The notes below the pieces were generated by a model. The model saw only the letters and a program-made list of their open reading frames with translations. It made no database searches and had not been told where the DNA came from. From the IMG/VR virus record IMGVR_UViG_2571042346_000003: DNA of 64,000 nt. One strand, given 5' to 3'. The translations under genes were made by a program, and so were the position numbers. Below, in pieces: positions 1 to 9,091 of this stretch. Each line of letters starts with the position of its first letter. The stretch's first letter is position 1. This stretch comes from a virus.

Positions 1-2
1 TT

Positions 3-620
3 CTGTGCGCCACCGGCAGACGGGCCAACACCGAAACTCTTGGTCTGGAGCAAATCGGAGTGCGCCTTTCCGGGCAGGGCGAAATCCTGGTGGACGAACA
101 TCTGCAAACATCCCAGCCCGGAATCTTTGCCGCCGGAGACGTCATCGGCGAACCCGCTTTCGTTTACACGGCGGCCTACGAGGGACGCCTGGCCGCCGCC
201 AACGCCTTGTCAGGGGAGCCACAAAGGCGCGATTACCGGGCGTTGCCCTGGGTCATCTTTTCCGATCCGCAAGTGGCCGGTGTCGGTCTGAACGAGCTGG
301 AAGCGGCAAGCGCCGGAATCGAGGTGGAGGTGGCCAGACTCGATCTCAGGAACGTGCCCCGGGCGCTGGCGGCGAGGGACACCCGGGGCTTCATCAAGCT
401 TATCCGCCGCAAGGGTTCCGATGAACTGATCGGGGCACGCATCCTGGCACCTGAAGGCGGCGAACAGATCATGGAGGCCGCACTGGCGATCCGCCACGGC
501 ATCGGCGTGTCGGATCTCGCTTCGGCCTTCCACCCCTATCTGACCCAGGCGGAAGGGATCAAGCTCTGCGCCCAGACCTTCGGCAAGGATGTAGCCAAGC
601 TGTCATGCTGCTCGGCATAA
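3..620 (+). CDS. merA: Mercuric reductase, C-terminal part (5' end lies outside the window)
   Basis: Frame is open from base 3. It shows the flavoprotein disulfide reductase dimerisation domain, the GIFAAGDV FAD motif, HPYLTQAEGIKL, and a C-terminal vicinal Cys pair (KLSCCSA) typical of MerA. Confidence 0.75.
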   Translation: MCATGRRANTETLGLEQIGVRLSGQGEILVDEHLQTSQPGIFAAGDVIGEPAFVYTAAYEGRLAAANALSGEPQRRDYRALPWVIFSDPQVAGVGLNELEAASAGIEVEVARLDLRNVPRALAARDTRGFIKLIRRKGSDELIGARILAPEGGEQIMEAALAIRHGIGVSDLASAFHPYLTQAEGIKLCAQTFGKDVAKLSCCSA

Positions 621-644
621 ACAACTACAAAGGAGAACGATTTT

Positions 645-869
645 ATGGAAGATTTGGTCTGTTACTGCTTCGGGTACACGGCGTCCGACATTGAAGAGGA
701 TGTCCGTCTCAACGGCAAATCCACGATCCTGGAGAAAATTCTGTCCGAAAAGAAAGCTGGCGCTTGCCAGTGTTCCGTGAAAAATCCCAAGGGCCGCTGA
801 TGTGTCGGTAATGTCCGCCAGTTGGTGGACAAGATTATGGGCGGTTCCAACCTCTTCGTTGGACCCTGA
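645..869 (+). CDS. Small Cys-rich BFD-like/CopZ-associated metal-binding protein, 74 aa, candidate selenoprotein (UGA at codon 52)
   Basis: AGGAG RBS at 631-635 and ATG at 645. Translation is MEDLVCYCFGYT...ACQCSVKNPKGR-UGA-CVGNVRQLVDKIM...GP*. The UGA (798-800) falls at the first Cys of the NPxGxCC motif I recall for this family, and the frame continues sensibly after it. Confidence 0.6.
813..830 (+). promoter_or_regulatory. Candidate bacterial SECIS hairpin
   Basis: GTCCGCC-AGTT-GGTGGAC forms a 7-bp stem (one G-U pair) starting 12 nt after the UGA. The apical loop is 19 nt from the UGA and has G at its second position. Confidence 0.5.
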
Positions 870-883
870 CGGTTTCAAGAAGC

Positions 884-921
884 AGAAACCCCGGAACGGG
901 CTGGCCGTATCCGGGGTTTCT
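884..921. terminator. Hairpin between convergent genes, probably a bidirectional terminator
   Basis: AGAAACCCCGGA (884-895) and TCCGGGGTTTCT (910-921) are a perfect 12-bp inverted repeat with an inner ACGG/CCGT stem. Confidence 0.65.
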
Positions 922-945
922 GGGTTGGCGGTGGCAGTGAGCCGG

Positions 946-1203
946 TCAGCCGGAGGCGGTATCAGAGGTGATCAGGCTGGCGTGCAGCTCGAGGTTGCGC
1001 GACTCGTCGGCCCGCATCCGCGCCAGCAGCGCCGTGAAGGCCTCCGCTTCGTCGGCCGGGAGCTTTGATGCCCGTTCCAGCCGCGCCAGGCGCTGGTGAA
1101 GATTCTCCAGCAGGCCCAGGGCGTGGTCACGGATCAGCCCGTCGCGCTTCTCCTGCGGCGTGGGGATGAACTCGGTCAGTCCGCCTTTGCGTCGAACGAT
1201 CAT
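946..1203 (-). CDS. Hypothetical protein, 85 aa, last gene of the tail operon
   Basis: AAGGAG RBS upstream, helical composition, directly follows the DUF4815-like gene. Confidence 0.6.
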   Translation of the reverse strand: MIVRRKGGLTEFIPTPQEKRDGLIRDHALGLLENLHQRLARLERASKLPADEAEAFTALLARMRADESRNLELHASLITSDTASG

Positions 1204-1215
1204 GGACGTGCCTCC

Positions 1216-4200
1216 TTAGCTCAGGGTCGCGCCCAGCGAATGGATGCGCGGGTAGATCAGCGGTGTTCCGGTCATCTCGGCCTTGTAGCGGACCTTGTTG
1301 CCGGTGTTGTCGGTGAAGGTGCGCACCAGGGTGTACTCGGTCCAGTTCTCGTCGATGGGCCGGGTGTCTTGGATGGTCATCGCCTCCCAGGTCTGGCCGC
1401 CGTCGTTGCTGGCGAACCATTGCAGGGTGGTGCCGCTGGGGATTTGCATCTGCACATAGGCCTTGGTCGATTCCACTCCCTGGGTCAGCTCGTTCTCGCG
1501 GGTCAGGTAGGCCCCGGTGGTCTTGTTGAGGTAGCCCACCAGGTTGACGTCGCGGAAGTTGATGGCCGGGGTGTCGTTGGCAAGCGAGCTGCTCAGACGC
1601 ACGCGGATCTGGACCCGGGTGGCGAGGTTGGGCAGCCGTTCCTCCTCGGCGGGAACCATGGCGTCCCAGGTCACGCCGCCGTCGGTGGAGTATTCCCAGT
1701 CGAGGCCGGTGCCCTGCGGGATGGCCGAGTACTCGTCGAGGTTGATGTCGGAGAACTGCACGCCGGTGATCGGCTGGAAGCGGATCATCCCCTCGGATTG
1801 AAAGTTGTAGCCGTAGATCTTCATCGCCAGGTCGGAGCCGTTGAGCGGAGTCCAGGTTTCGGCGTTGGAGCTCTCCAGCAGCACGCCTTCCATGTAGGTC
1901 TGCCGGGTGATGATGCCCCAGCGGCCCATCTTGCCGAGGGTGGCGGTGCGGACCTTGTAATTGGTGCTGTTGGTCAGCAGCACCACGGCATAGCTGGTAT
2001 TGGCCTCGGCGTAGAACGGGTCGTCGAAGCGAATGCGGGTCTCGCCGCTCAGGCTGATCTCGTTCGGGGCCAGCACCTTCTCGGCGAACACCACGCCGTT
2101 GGGCAGACCGGTGGTGACGCCGCGAATCTGCACCGTGACCGGAATGCTCGGGTCCCTGGCGGTGAACTGCAGTCCGATGCTGGAGATCACCTGGTTTTGG
2201 GTGAAGCTGAAAGTCTGGGCCAGCGGATCGCGGGGTACGAAGATGGTCTGGGTGCGCCAGACCACCTGCACCACGGGCACGCGGATGATGCGGTTCTCGA
2301 TGATCCGCTCGATGCGGGTGATGACCAGCGGATCGTTGATCTGCAGGCTGGCCCGGGCCGAGTAGACGCCATCGGCCATCTCCACGATCCGGTTGCCGTT
2401 GCGGGCGTTGGTCGGAATGGTGAAGGAGGCGCTGACCCGACCGGCCTCGTCGCTGATCAGGTTGCTGGCCATCACCTGGCCGTCGCAGCGCAGCACGATG
2501 CCGGACTTGCTCGGGGTGAAGTTGATGCCGGTGACGGCGATCCCGGTCTGGCCGCGCCGCCCGAGGTTGGGCGTGATCTGCAGCATGGCCGGGGGCTTGT
2601 CGAACACGGCATAGGGGTTGATGTTGCGCTCCTCGGACCAGTCGTTCTGCTCCACCAGCACGGTCTCGTTGCCCGGCAGCAGCGCCAGGCTGCCGAAGAA
2701 GCTTGCGTTGCTGCCCGCCTGATCGACCGAGAGCACGGTGGAGTGCGGAATGCGGTCCGGCGCGACGAAACGGGCGATCTCGTTGACCCGGGCGTCCCAT
2801 TCGGCGTGGTAGATGTCCGACTGGGCGGTGTTCGAGAAGTCGTCCGAGTAGATGCCTTTCTTGGTCTGGGCGTCCCGGTTCTGCAGCTCGTTGTTCATCT
2901 GGTACTGGGCATCGTTGTACTTCAGGTCCTCGACGTCCTGGATGATGTCGTGGATCTGGTCCATGGTGATGCGGGTCAGACCGAAGTTGCGGATCTCCAT
3001 GTCGGTGGAGTTGGGCGGGCAGTCGATGCTGCACAGCCCCAGGGCGTTTTCCGGCACGATGGGCAGCTTCGGGAAATCCGCCGGAGCCCCTTCCAACCGC
3101 TTAATCTCGGTGGTGGTGGCGTAAACGATGTCGCGGCGGCCGAGGTAATAGTCGTAGTCCAGGCTGCAGTTGGAGCCGTTCACCGGCTGGTCGCCGAGGC
3201 TGCCGCGCCCGAAGTTGATCACATTGAGGTTGCCCAGCTCGAGCTGGACCGGCGACATGGTGAGTCCGGCCGTGTTGGTGGCCGGAGGCGAAGCGGTGCC
3301 GATCTCCTCGACACCGTCGTCGACGTAGGAGAGTGCCTCGCTGCCCAGTTCCATCAGGCGCTTGTAGTCGGTGCGTGCGCCGTTGGTGGCGGCCCGGTAG
3401 ACGCGATAGCCGGTCGCGCCGCTGACCGGCAGCCACGAGAGCTTGTTCATCTCCCCGGCGGCGGTGGCCCGGGCAATGACCGCAGCGGCGTTGAAGGCCG
3501 TCTCGCCGGTGGCGTTGTAGGCGGTCACCAGATAGAAATAGTTTCCGGCCGCCGGATGGTTGGCCTGTCCGAACCAGCCGCTGTCCACGTAGTCGGTGCC
3601 CTTGACCATCTGCTTGGTGTAGGTCCAGCGCACCGTGTAGGTGGTGCCGATGGCCGGTTCGTTGCCGGAGCCGAGCCAGTCGACATGGTTGCCGGACTGC
3701 TGCCAGTCCACGCCCTCCTGGAAGATGGTCGCCCCCTGACTGACCTCGAGGATGTCCACCACGGGATTGGGATCGAGCAGGTCTTCGCCGCCACCCACGG
3801 AGCCGCGAGTGACGTTACGGGTGATCTCGACGATGGCCTCCACCTGGGTCGTCTCCTTGAGTGGCGTGGAGTTGACCGGATAGCGGCGCTTGTTGATATC
3901 GAAGGTCTTCTGCTCGCCGCGCACCGACTTGGTGGCGATGGATTTAGGCACCAGGGTCGAGGTGGGCAGATCGCGCTGATGCCGGAAGCCCTGGATATAG
4001 GCGCGTCCGGCGTTGGTGATCGCCTCCACGCTGTCGTCGTCGACGCCGCCGATGAAGGTGTCGAAGCCCCGCACCAGATAGCTTCCGGCCTGGTCGAAGG
4101 TGCGCTCGGCCAGGTTCTGAATCAGGGAATTGAGCCCCTCGGCGGCGGCGAAGGAGAGCTGGTCCTCGGTGATCGAGGAGACGGTAATCCGGCTGCCCGG

Positions 4201-4764
4201 CAGCGTGCCCAGCAGATCCCGCAGGTAGAGGTTGGACTTCTCCTGCACCGTGGGCGTGACGTCTCCGCTCTCGCGGTCGAACTTGTAGATCGGGATCACC
4301 CGACGCTCGGTCACGTTGTTGGGCAGCGTCTGACCGCTGGTGTCCGTCGCCTTGAGGGAGAGCGCCCATTTTTCCCGCTCGGCGGTGGGCTCGCCGGTGG
4401 CCGGATTGATCAGGGCCGGGTCCTGGGTGTAGCCGTAGTTGTACTTCAGCAGCTCCACGTAAACGTAATCGGCCCCGCTGGTGGTGGCCGGATCATAGGT
4501 CAGGGTCGCGCCGCTCACCTGTTCCAGATGGCCGTCGATGTAGACCACGCCCGGGGCCAGGGTCAGGACGTTGGCGGCCGCGCTGACCTCGAGGCCCATG
4601 ATGATGGAGCCTTCCTTGAACAGGATGTCGGCGATCTTGCGCCGCTCCAGGTTGATGATGTCCTGCTGCTCGTTGAGTTCGGAATCCAGCAGGTCGCGAT
4701 CCTGATGGTAACGGATGCGCTTGTAATTCTTGGTCGGGTCGAATGTCTCGCGTGAGATGCTCAT
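1216..4764 (-). CDS. DUF4815-like large tail/baseplate structural protein with FN3/Ig-like segments, 1182 aa
   Basis: N-terminus YKRIRYHQDRDLLDSELNEQQD resembles DUF4815. Contains an FN3-like segment (YFYLVTAYNATGE...LSWLPVSGATGYRVYR) and an IPT-like segment (IAVTGINFTP). GGAGG RBS. Confidence 0.7.
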   Translation of the reverse strand: MSISRETFDPTKNYKRIRYHQDRDLLDSELNEQQDIINLERRKIADILFKEGSIIMGLEVSAAANVLTLAPGVVYIDGHLEQVSGATLTYDPATTSGADYVYVELLKYNYGYTQDPALINPATGEPTAEREKWALSLKATDTSGQTLPNNVTERRVIPIYKFDRESGDVTPTVQEKSNLYLRDLLGTLPGSRITVSSITEDQLSFAAAEGLNSLIQNLAERTFDQAGSYLVRGFDTFIGGVDDDSVEAITNAGRAYIQGFRHQRDLPTSTLVPKSIATKSVRGEQKTFDINKRRYPVNSTPLKETTQVEAIVEITRNVTRGSVGGGEDLLDPNPVVDILEVSQGATIFQEGVDWQQSGNHVDWLGSGNEPAIGTTYTVRWTYTKQMVKGTDYVDSGWFGQANHPAAGNYFYLVTAYNATGETAFNAAAVIARATAAGEMNKLSWLPVSGATGYRVYRAATNGARTDYKRLMELGSEALSYVDDGVEEIGTASPPATNTAGLTMSPVQLELGNLNVINFGRGSLGDQPVNGSNCSLDYDYYLGRRDIVYATTTEIKRLEGAPADFPKLPIVPENALGLCSIDCPPNSTDMEIRNFGLTRITMDQIHDIIQDVEDLKYNDAQYQMNNELQNRDAQTKKGIYSDDFSNTAQSDIYHAEWDARVNEIARFVAPDRIPHSTVLSVDQAGSNASFFGSLALLPGNETVLVEQNDWSEERNINPYAVFDKPPAMLQITPNLGRRGQTGIAVTGINFTPSKSGIVLRCDGQVMASNLISDEAGRVSASFTIPTNARNGNRIVEMADGVYSARASLQINDPLVITRIERIIENRIIRVPVVQVVWRTQTIFVPRDPLAQTFSFTQNQVISSIGLQFTARDPSIPVTVQIRGVTTGLPNGVVFAEKVLAPNEISLSGETRIRFDDPFYAEANTSYAVVLLTNSTNYKVRTATLGKMGRWGIITRQTYMEGVLLESSNAETWTPLNGSDLAMKIYGYNFQSEGMIRFQPITGVQFSDINLDEYSAIPQGTGLDWEYSTDGGVTWDAMVPAEEERLPNLATRVQIRVRLSSSLANDTPAINFRDVNLVGYLNKTTGAYLTRENELTQGVESTKAYVQMQIPSGTTLQWFASNDGGQTWEAMTIQDTRPIDENWTEYTLVRTFTDNTGNKVRYKAEMTGTPLIYPRIHSLGATLS

Positions 4765-4779
4765 GTTTGAATCCTCCAG

Positions 4780-5313
4780 TTAGATCTTGATGATCCCGAC
4801 CAGCTCCACGCGGGTGTCGGAAATCTTGTTGAAGTCGGGAATGTTCTTCACCTCGTACAGGTAGCCCGGGCGCAGCACCTCGCCGGTCGGGTTGGTGTCC
4901 TGATGGAACACGCCGCCCATGGCGAGATCCCCGGTGACGCTGGCCGTGTACTGCACGTCGCCGCCGAAGAAGCCGTATTCGCGGATGGTGATGCCGTTGG
5001 CCTCCGCCTCGTCGAAGCGGAAGAAGACACCGATGGTGTTGGTCTCCTCGCCGGTTTCCAGGTAGCGCACGCCGTTGACCAGGAGCGCCCCTTCGGCGTC
5101 CTCCTTGAGGAAGGTCCGCTTGTAGTAGCGCTTGCGGGCGCGTTCGTTTCTGAGCCCGGTCTGGCCGATGTCCGGCGCGGGCGGATTCTGCGGGTCGGTG
5201 AAGCTGGCGTCCCCGTCGCCGATTGCGCAGTGGGTGATGCCGTCCACGGCCTGGCCGAGGAGGAGTTTGGCCGTCAGTATCCGGCCGGTTTTGACGATGA
5301 GTCCCAGTGCCAT
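4780..5313 (-). CDS. Baseplate wedge/tail-fibre attachment protein, 177 aa
   Basis: ITHCAIGDG...QTGLRNERAR...IREYGFF resembles the tail-fibre collar N-terminal domain. Position follows the baseplate genes. Confidence 0.6.
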   Translation of the reverse strand: MALGLIVKTGRILTAKLLLGQAVDGITHCAIGDGDASFTDPQNPPAPDIGQTGLRNERARKRYYKRTFLKEDAEGALLVNGVRYLETGEETNTIGVFFRFDEAEANGITIREYGFFGGDVQYTASVTGDLAMGGVFHQDTNPTGEVLRPGYLYEVKNIPDFNKISDTRVELVGIIKI

Positions 5314-5325
5314 TGCTGTTCTCCT

Positions 5326-5787
5326 TTAGGTCTGAATTTCGTGGTCTTGATCGATGAGCACCGCGAACAGGATCTGGCGCGTGTCGGCCAGCAGCCCGGC
5401 CGGGATCGCGATGCGCTGAACGGTGTCGGATCGGCTGGTGTGTGCGCCGGATGTCCGGATGCTGGTATCGATGCTCCGCAGCCAGGGGCGCGTCACCCGC
5501 ACCGCCGCGTCGGTATCGACGCCCAGGCGGCCATGAATGACGAGCCACAGGTCGGCCCTCCGGTTCAGGCGGTTGTTCACGCGAAATGCGAGATCGGATC
5601 GACGTTCGAGCCGATGGACGACCCGCATTGCGCTGTCGGCTCGGACCATCACCGTGCGCCTGGCCGGTGCCCCGGAAAACAGCTCGAAGAGCGTTCCTGG
5701 TTGCGCCGCGCCGATGGCGAGCAGTTCCGGCCGTCGGATGCCTCGGAGGGTGGTAATGGATGCCAGTTGTCCCTTATGCACGGCCAC
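5326..5787 (-). CDS. Hypothetical protein with 14-aa periodic repeats, 153 aa (GTG start)
   Basis: GGAGG RBS before GTG at 5787. Repeats RADSAMRVVHRLER / RSDLAFRVNNRLNR / RADLWLVIHGRLGV and more. Confidence 0.55.
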   Translation of the reverse strand: MAVHKGQLASITTLRGIRRPELLAIGAAQPGTLFELFSGAPARRTVMVRADSAMRVVHRLERRSDLAFRVNNRLNRRADLWLVIHGRLGVDTDAAVRVTRPWLRSIDTSIRTSGAHTSRSDTVQRIAIPAGLLADTRQILFAVLIDQDHEIQT

Positions 5788-5905
5788 GGCGAATCCTCCC
5801 GCTGAGCTTGAGCGCCTGGCCACGGTTCATGGACAAGAGCGTTTCCGGGCGACGCTGGCCGGTGATCGTGGTGACGGTTTTGAGCTTTCCGTTTTGAGTT
5901 GCCAT
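5774..5905 (-). CDS. 43-aa small protein paralogous to the N-terminus of the next gene (absent from the ORF track)
   Basis: AAGGAG RBS and ATG at 5905. MATQNGKLKTVTTITGQRRPETLL aligns without gaps to MAVHKGQLASITTLRGIRRPELLA. Confidence 0.5.
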   Translation of the reverse strand: MATQNGKLKTVTTITGQRRPETLLSMNRGQALKLSGRIRRGRA

Positions 5906-5909
5906 GGCG

Positions 5910-6899
5910 TTACTCCTTCACCGCGCACCAGCCGCCGGTGGTCAGGTTGAACACGCGGTAGCTGTCCGTTCCGATTTGAATGGTGTCTTCCGAGGCGACG
6001 TTGCCGCCGCCCACGGAGAAGATCTCGATGAGTTCGCCGCGCAGTTCCTGGTAGACGGCGGAGCCGGACATCGAGGCGATCCAGGGAAAAAGGATGGTGG
6101 TGCCGTAGCGCATTTCCGGATCGGTTTCGCCCTGGAGACCGCCGTGGGCCGCGCCGCAGCGGCCCTGCTGGCCGGACGCGGAGGTCCAGCCGTCGAACTT
6201 GTTCACGGCGTAAAATGTGCCCGGCGCGTTGTAGTAGCTGTTGATGACCGGCTGCGGGTCCTCGCCGATCTTGGCTCCCGAGGCGTAATCCCGAACGAGA
6301 GTCTCGACGGTGATGGTGTTCGGCGTGGCAGCGGTGTCGATGGCGCTCACCCGCACGCGTTCGATGCCCGCGTCGTCTTTGATCACATAGTCCTGTCCGG
6401 GCGTGACCACGGTGGCGTCGTTGACCTGAATCACCACGCCGCTTCCGGCGGTGACCGCCGCCTGCGTGAGCGCGACGGCCCCAGACCAGAACCGTTTCAG
6501 CAATCCGCTGTAATGGCCGTAGTAGGTGGAGACGAGCTTGGTGACCACGAAGACGTGATCCAGATCGGCGAACAGCCAGAAGATGAAGTCGGCGCTGTCC
6601 TCCACCCGCAGGTAGGTGTAACTGGTGTGCGAAGCCTCGTTGACGCCGGTGTGGGTGGCCGCGTCCCAATACTGGAATGCAGCGACGTGAATCCGCCCGG
6701 AGGTGGTGCTGATACGGAACTGTAGATAGACGTCCTCGGCCCCGGATTCCCCTTGCGACTTGAAGACGAAATACGGCTGCGAGTCGGCCGACTGGTCGTC
6801 ATGCAGGGTCCAGCCGGTGGTGGTCACCAGGAAGGTCCGCAGTTGATTGAGCAGGTCGAGCCGACCGTGGGCGAGTCCTTGAATGCTGTGGTATGCCAT
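5910..6899 (-). CDS. Virion structural/tail-tip protein, 329 aa
   Basis: MAY...LL..LRTFLVTTTGW N-terminus is typical of phage distal tail structural proteins. GGAGG RBS, located in the tail operon. Confidence 0.55.
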   Translation of the reverse strand: MAYHSIQGLAHGRLDLLNQLRTFLVTTTGWTLHDDQSADSQPYFVFKSQGESGAEDVYLQFRISTTSGRIHVAAFQYWDAATHTGVNEASHTSYTYLRVEDSADFIFWLFADLDHVFVVTKLVSTYYGHYSGLLKRFWSGAVALTQAAVTAGSGVVIQVNDATVVTPGQDYVIKDDAGIERVRVSAIDTAATPNTITVETLVRDYASGAKIGEDPQPVINSYYNAPGTFYAVNKFDGWTSASGQQGRCGAAHGGLQGETDPEMRYGTTILFPWIASMSGSAVYQELRGELIEIFSVGGGNVASEDTIQIGTDSYRVFNLTTGGWCAVKE

Positions 6900-6909
6900 G
6901 GCGGCCTCC

Positions 6910-7503
6910 TTAGAGAATCGGGTTTTCCGTGCCGGTCAGGCGCAGCTTGATGTCGAGTTTGTTTTGCACTCGGGTGCCCGGGAGCACTGTGCAACGCCGC
7001 CAGAAAGACAGCGTCTGCTGGAAGGCCTTGTCACCGAGATTGAGCGGTGCGCCCTGAGTGGCGGTGTCGAGTCCGGCCTGGGTCAGGGCCAGGCGGTACC
7101 AGACCGATTCGTCGGTGCCGGTCTCATCAATGGGATCGAGCACCAGTCCGGTGTAGTCGTAGCCGGAATAGACGGTCGTTCCGGCGTCGTGCGCGGCCGG
7201 AGCGGTGTTGGCCACGCCCCGCTGCACGGTGAGATTGGCGGTGCCGCCGCCGCTTTCGATGAGCATCTGCTCGCCGTCGATGATGATGAGTTCGCCGTCG
7301 GCAAAGCGCGGTTCGGCCAGGACGATGGAGGTCTGCGCCGCGTCGATGGCCGAGGGGAGGCTCGTCTGCTCGTTGGCGACGTAGAGTTGCCGATCCTTGA
7401 TGTCGCCATCGGTGCCGTTGTAGCTCTCGGCCTCGGGGCTGCTGAAATCCCCCTCGGAAATCTGCTGAGTCAGCGCTTCGTCAAGATAGAGGTGAATCGC
7501 CAT
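6910..7503 (-). CDS. Tail-associated structural protein, 197 aa
   Basis: AAGGAG RBS before ATG at 7503 (MAIHLYLDE). Beta-rich IIIDGEQM...TVQRG...AAH segment as in tail proteins. Confidence 0.5.
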   Translation of the reverse strand: MAIHLYLDEALTQQISEGDFSSPEAESYNGTDGDIKDRQLYVANEQTSLPSAIDAAQTSIVLAEPRFADGELIIIDGEQMLIESGGGTANLTVQRGVANTAPAAHDAGTTVYSGYDYTGLVLDPIDETGTDESVWYRLALTQAGLDTATQGAPLNLGDKAFQQTLSFWRRCTVLPGTRVQNKLDIKLRLTGTENPIL

Positions 7504-7513
7504 GGGTTCTCCT

Positions 7514-9091
7514 TCAGGTGGGCCACTGGGTGGCACGATAGTTATTGGTGGCGGCCTCGAACCCGGCCTGCGTCGGTGCGTGCAGATCCTGCTGACGGAA
7601 CAGCCAGCGATAGGAAGGCCGCGACCAGCGGAATCCAGCCTGGTTGAGGCGCATGCGGCTGACGCGCAGGGGTCGGGTCCGATCCACGGAGAGGCGCAGG
7701 CCGGTGGTGTTGAGCGGGCTCGCGCCCAGCTTCATGGTCTCGACCCGATGGCGCTGGAGAGAGCCCGTGTCCACGTAGACTTCAAGCGAAGCCCGTTCGC
7801 CGGTCAGATTCGCATTGCTCAGATACCGGGTGTTCAGGGTGTTCGCGTTGAGCCGGAACACAGGCCCTCTCCGCCGCCATCGGTCGATCCGGTCGACGGC
7901 CAGGGTGACGTCCGCGTCGCAGCCAGCGGTGGAGGCGAGCAGCAGATTGCTGATGCCGCCCTGGTTGGCGGTGAGATCGAGACCTTCGTTGAGCCTGGCG
8001 CGGCCAAGCTGGAAACAGAGGCGGTGCCGGGATTCCAGCGGCAGGCGCAGGTCGTACTTGGCCTCCGCCCGTTCGACCGGTTCCGCCTGCGTGTCGAAAA
8101 AGAAATCCTTCTGCCGGAAGCAGTAGCGCAGCGCGGTCTCGCCATGGGTCAGCGGCTTGCGGTTGAGATGGCTCTCGCCCAGCCCGAAACCGCTTTCCAG
8201 CACATCCCCTTCGAAATCGCGGCCGGTGTAGATGGGCGTGCAGAAGGAAACCCGGTCCTCGCCGACACGGGTGTACGGCAGCCGCCAGTCGTTGAGGGCC
8301 TTGTGGTTCAGGCGCATCCGGTTCTGGCGGCCGTGAAAACGGGAGACCTTCACGGCGGCCCGGTCGATCTCCGGGATCATCTCCGTGGTGCTGGTGAGCT
8401 GCAGCAGCTCCCAGGCCCTCTGCTTGTTGGTCAGGTGACGGCAGGAACCGAGCGAGGAACGTCCGAGGACGAAGGTTTCGTCGAGAAACGCCAATACGAT
8501 CCGGCGCACGGCGTTGGCATGCCAGAAGTCGAGCATCGCGCCGCCTTCGATCCATTCCAGGAGGAACTGGAGCCAGAAACAGCGCGTGCCCGCCGGGTGG
8601 TGAAACACCAGGGCGTCGCGCAGCCCCTCGGTCTGGTTGAGACACAGCACGCGAAACACGCCGAGGCTGAACACCAGCCCGGGCAGCTTGGCGCTGCTGA
8701 GTTTTGAGCGGGCATTGAGACGCAGCGCCGAGCGGAAGGTCTCCTGCAGTTCCCCATGCCAACCGAGCGCGTCAAAGTCGCGTTCGATGGCCGGAATGGT
8801 GCCCTTGCGGCGATAGATTTCGACCGCCTCCCGCACGCGGCGGCGCTGGCAGTCCGGCGAACAGGTGCCGTCCACTTCGAGGCCGACCAGTCTCGCCAGC
8901 AGCGGCAGGAAGCGCTCGTCGCAGTGATCGACATCAAAAATGGTCGGGAAGTCGTCGATGGCCTGCTTGAGCTCGTCCAGCGTCCCGGCGGGAAGGCTCA
9001 GAAAGGTGCGCAGGTCACCGGATTCGTCGTTGTGCTCGTAAAGCGGCGGCAGCAGGCCGAGCAGATTGTCCTTGAACCAATCAGACATCAA
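7514..9091 (-). CDS. Baseplate wedge protein, P2 gpI-like N-terminus with repeated F/M-x-L-[GN]-x-x-x-L-N motifs
   Basis: FLPLLARLVG...RRRVREAVEIYRRKGT is the gpI/tail_P2_I pattern. Follows the baseplate J-like gene. Confidence 0.7.
   Translation of the reverse strand: MMSDWFKDNLLGLLPPLYEHNDESGDLRTFLSLPAGTLDELKQAIDDFPTIFDVDHCDERFLPLLARLVGLEVDGTCSPDCQRRRVREAVEIYRRKGTIPAIERDFDALGWHGELQETFRSALRLNARSKLSSAKLPGLVFSLGVFRVLCLNQTEGLRDALVFHHPAGTRCFWLQFLLEWIEGGAMLDFWHANAVRRIVLAFLDETFVLGRSSLGSCRHLTNKQRAWELLQLTSTTEMIPEIDRAAVKVSRFHGRQNRMRLNHKALNDWRLPYTRVGEDRVSFCTPIYTGRDFEGDVLESGFGLGESHLNRKPLTHGETALRYCFRQKDFFFDTQAEPVERAEAKYDLRLPLESRHRLCFQLGRARLNEGLDLTANQGGISNLLLASTAGCDADVTLAVDRIDRWRRRGPVFRLNANTLNTRYLSNANLTGERASLEVYVDTGSLQRHRVETMKLGASPLNTTGLRLSVDRTRPLRVSRMRLNQAGFRWSRPSYRWLFRQQDLHAPTQAGFEAATNNYRATQWPT

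Noticed and set aside
1-869. merA and the small ORF as prophage cargo
   Set aside because: The left junction is not identified. They could be flanking chromosome or another element, so cargo status is not claimed.
1096-4755. 1219-aa plus-strand ORF, and similar long ORFs at 22449-25145, 28964-31315 and 47587-51027
   Set aside because: They are antisense shadows of well-supported minus-strand genes, expected in high-GC DNA, with no recognisable motifs or RBS.
1216-9091. Diversity-generating retroelement or invertible tail-fibre cassette
   Set aside because: No reverse transcriptase, no template/variable repeat pair, and no inverted crossover sites were seen around the tail-fibre genes.
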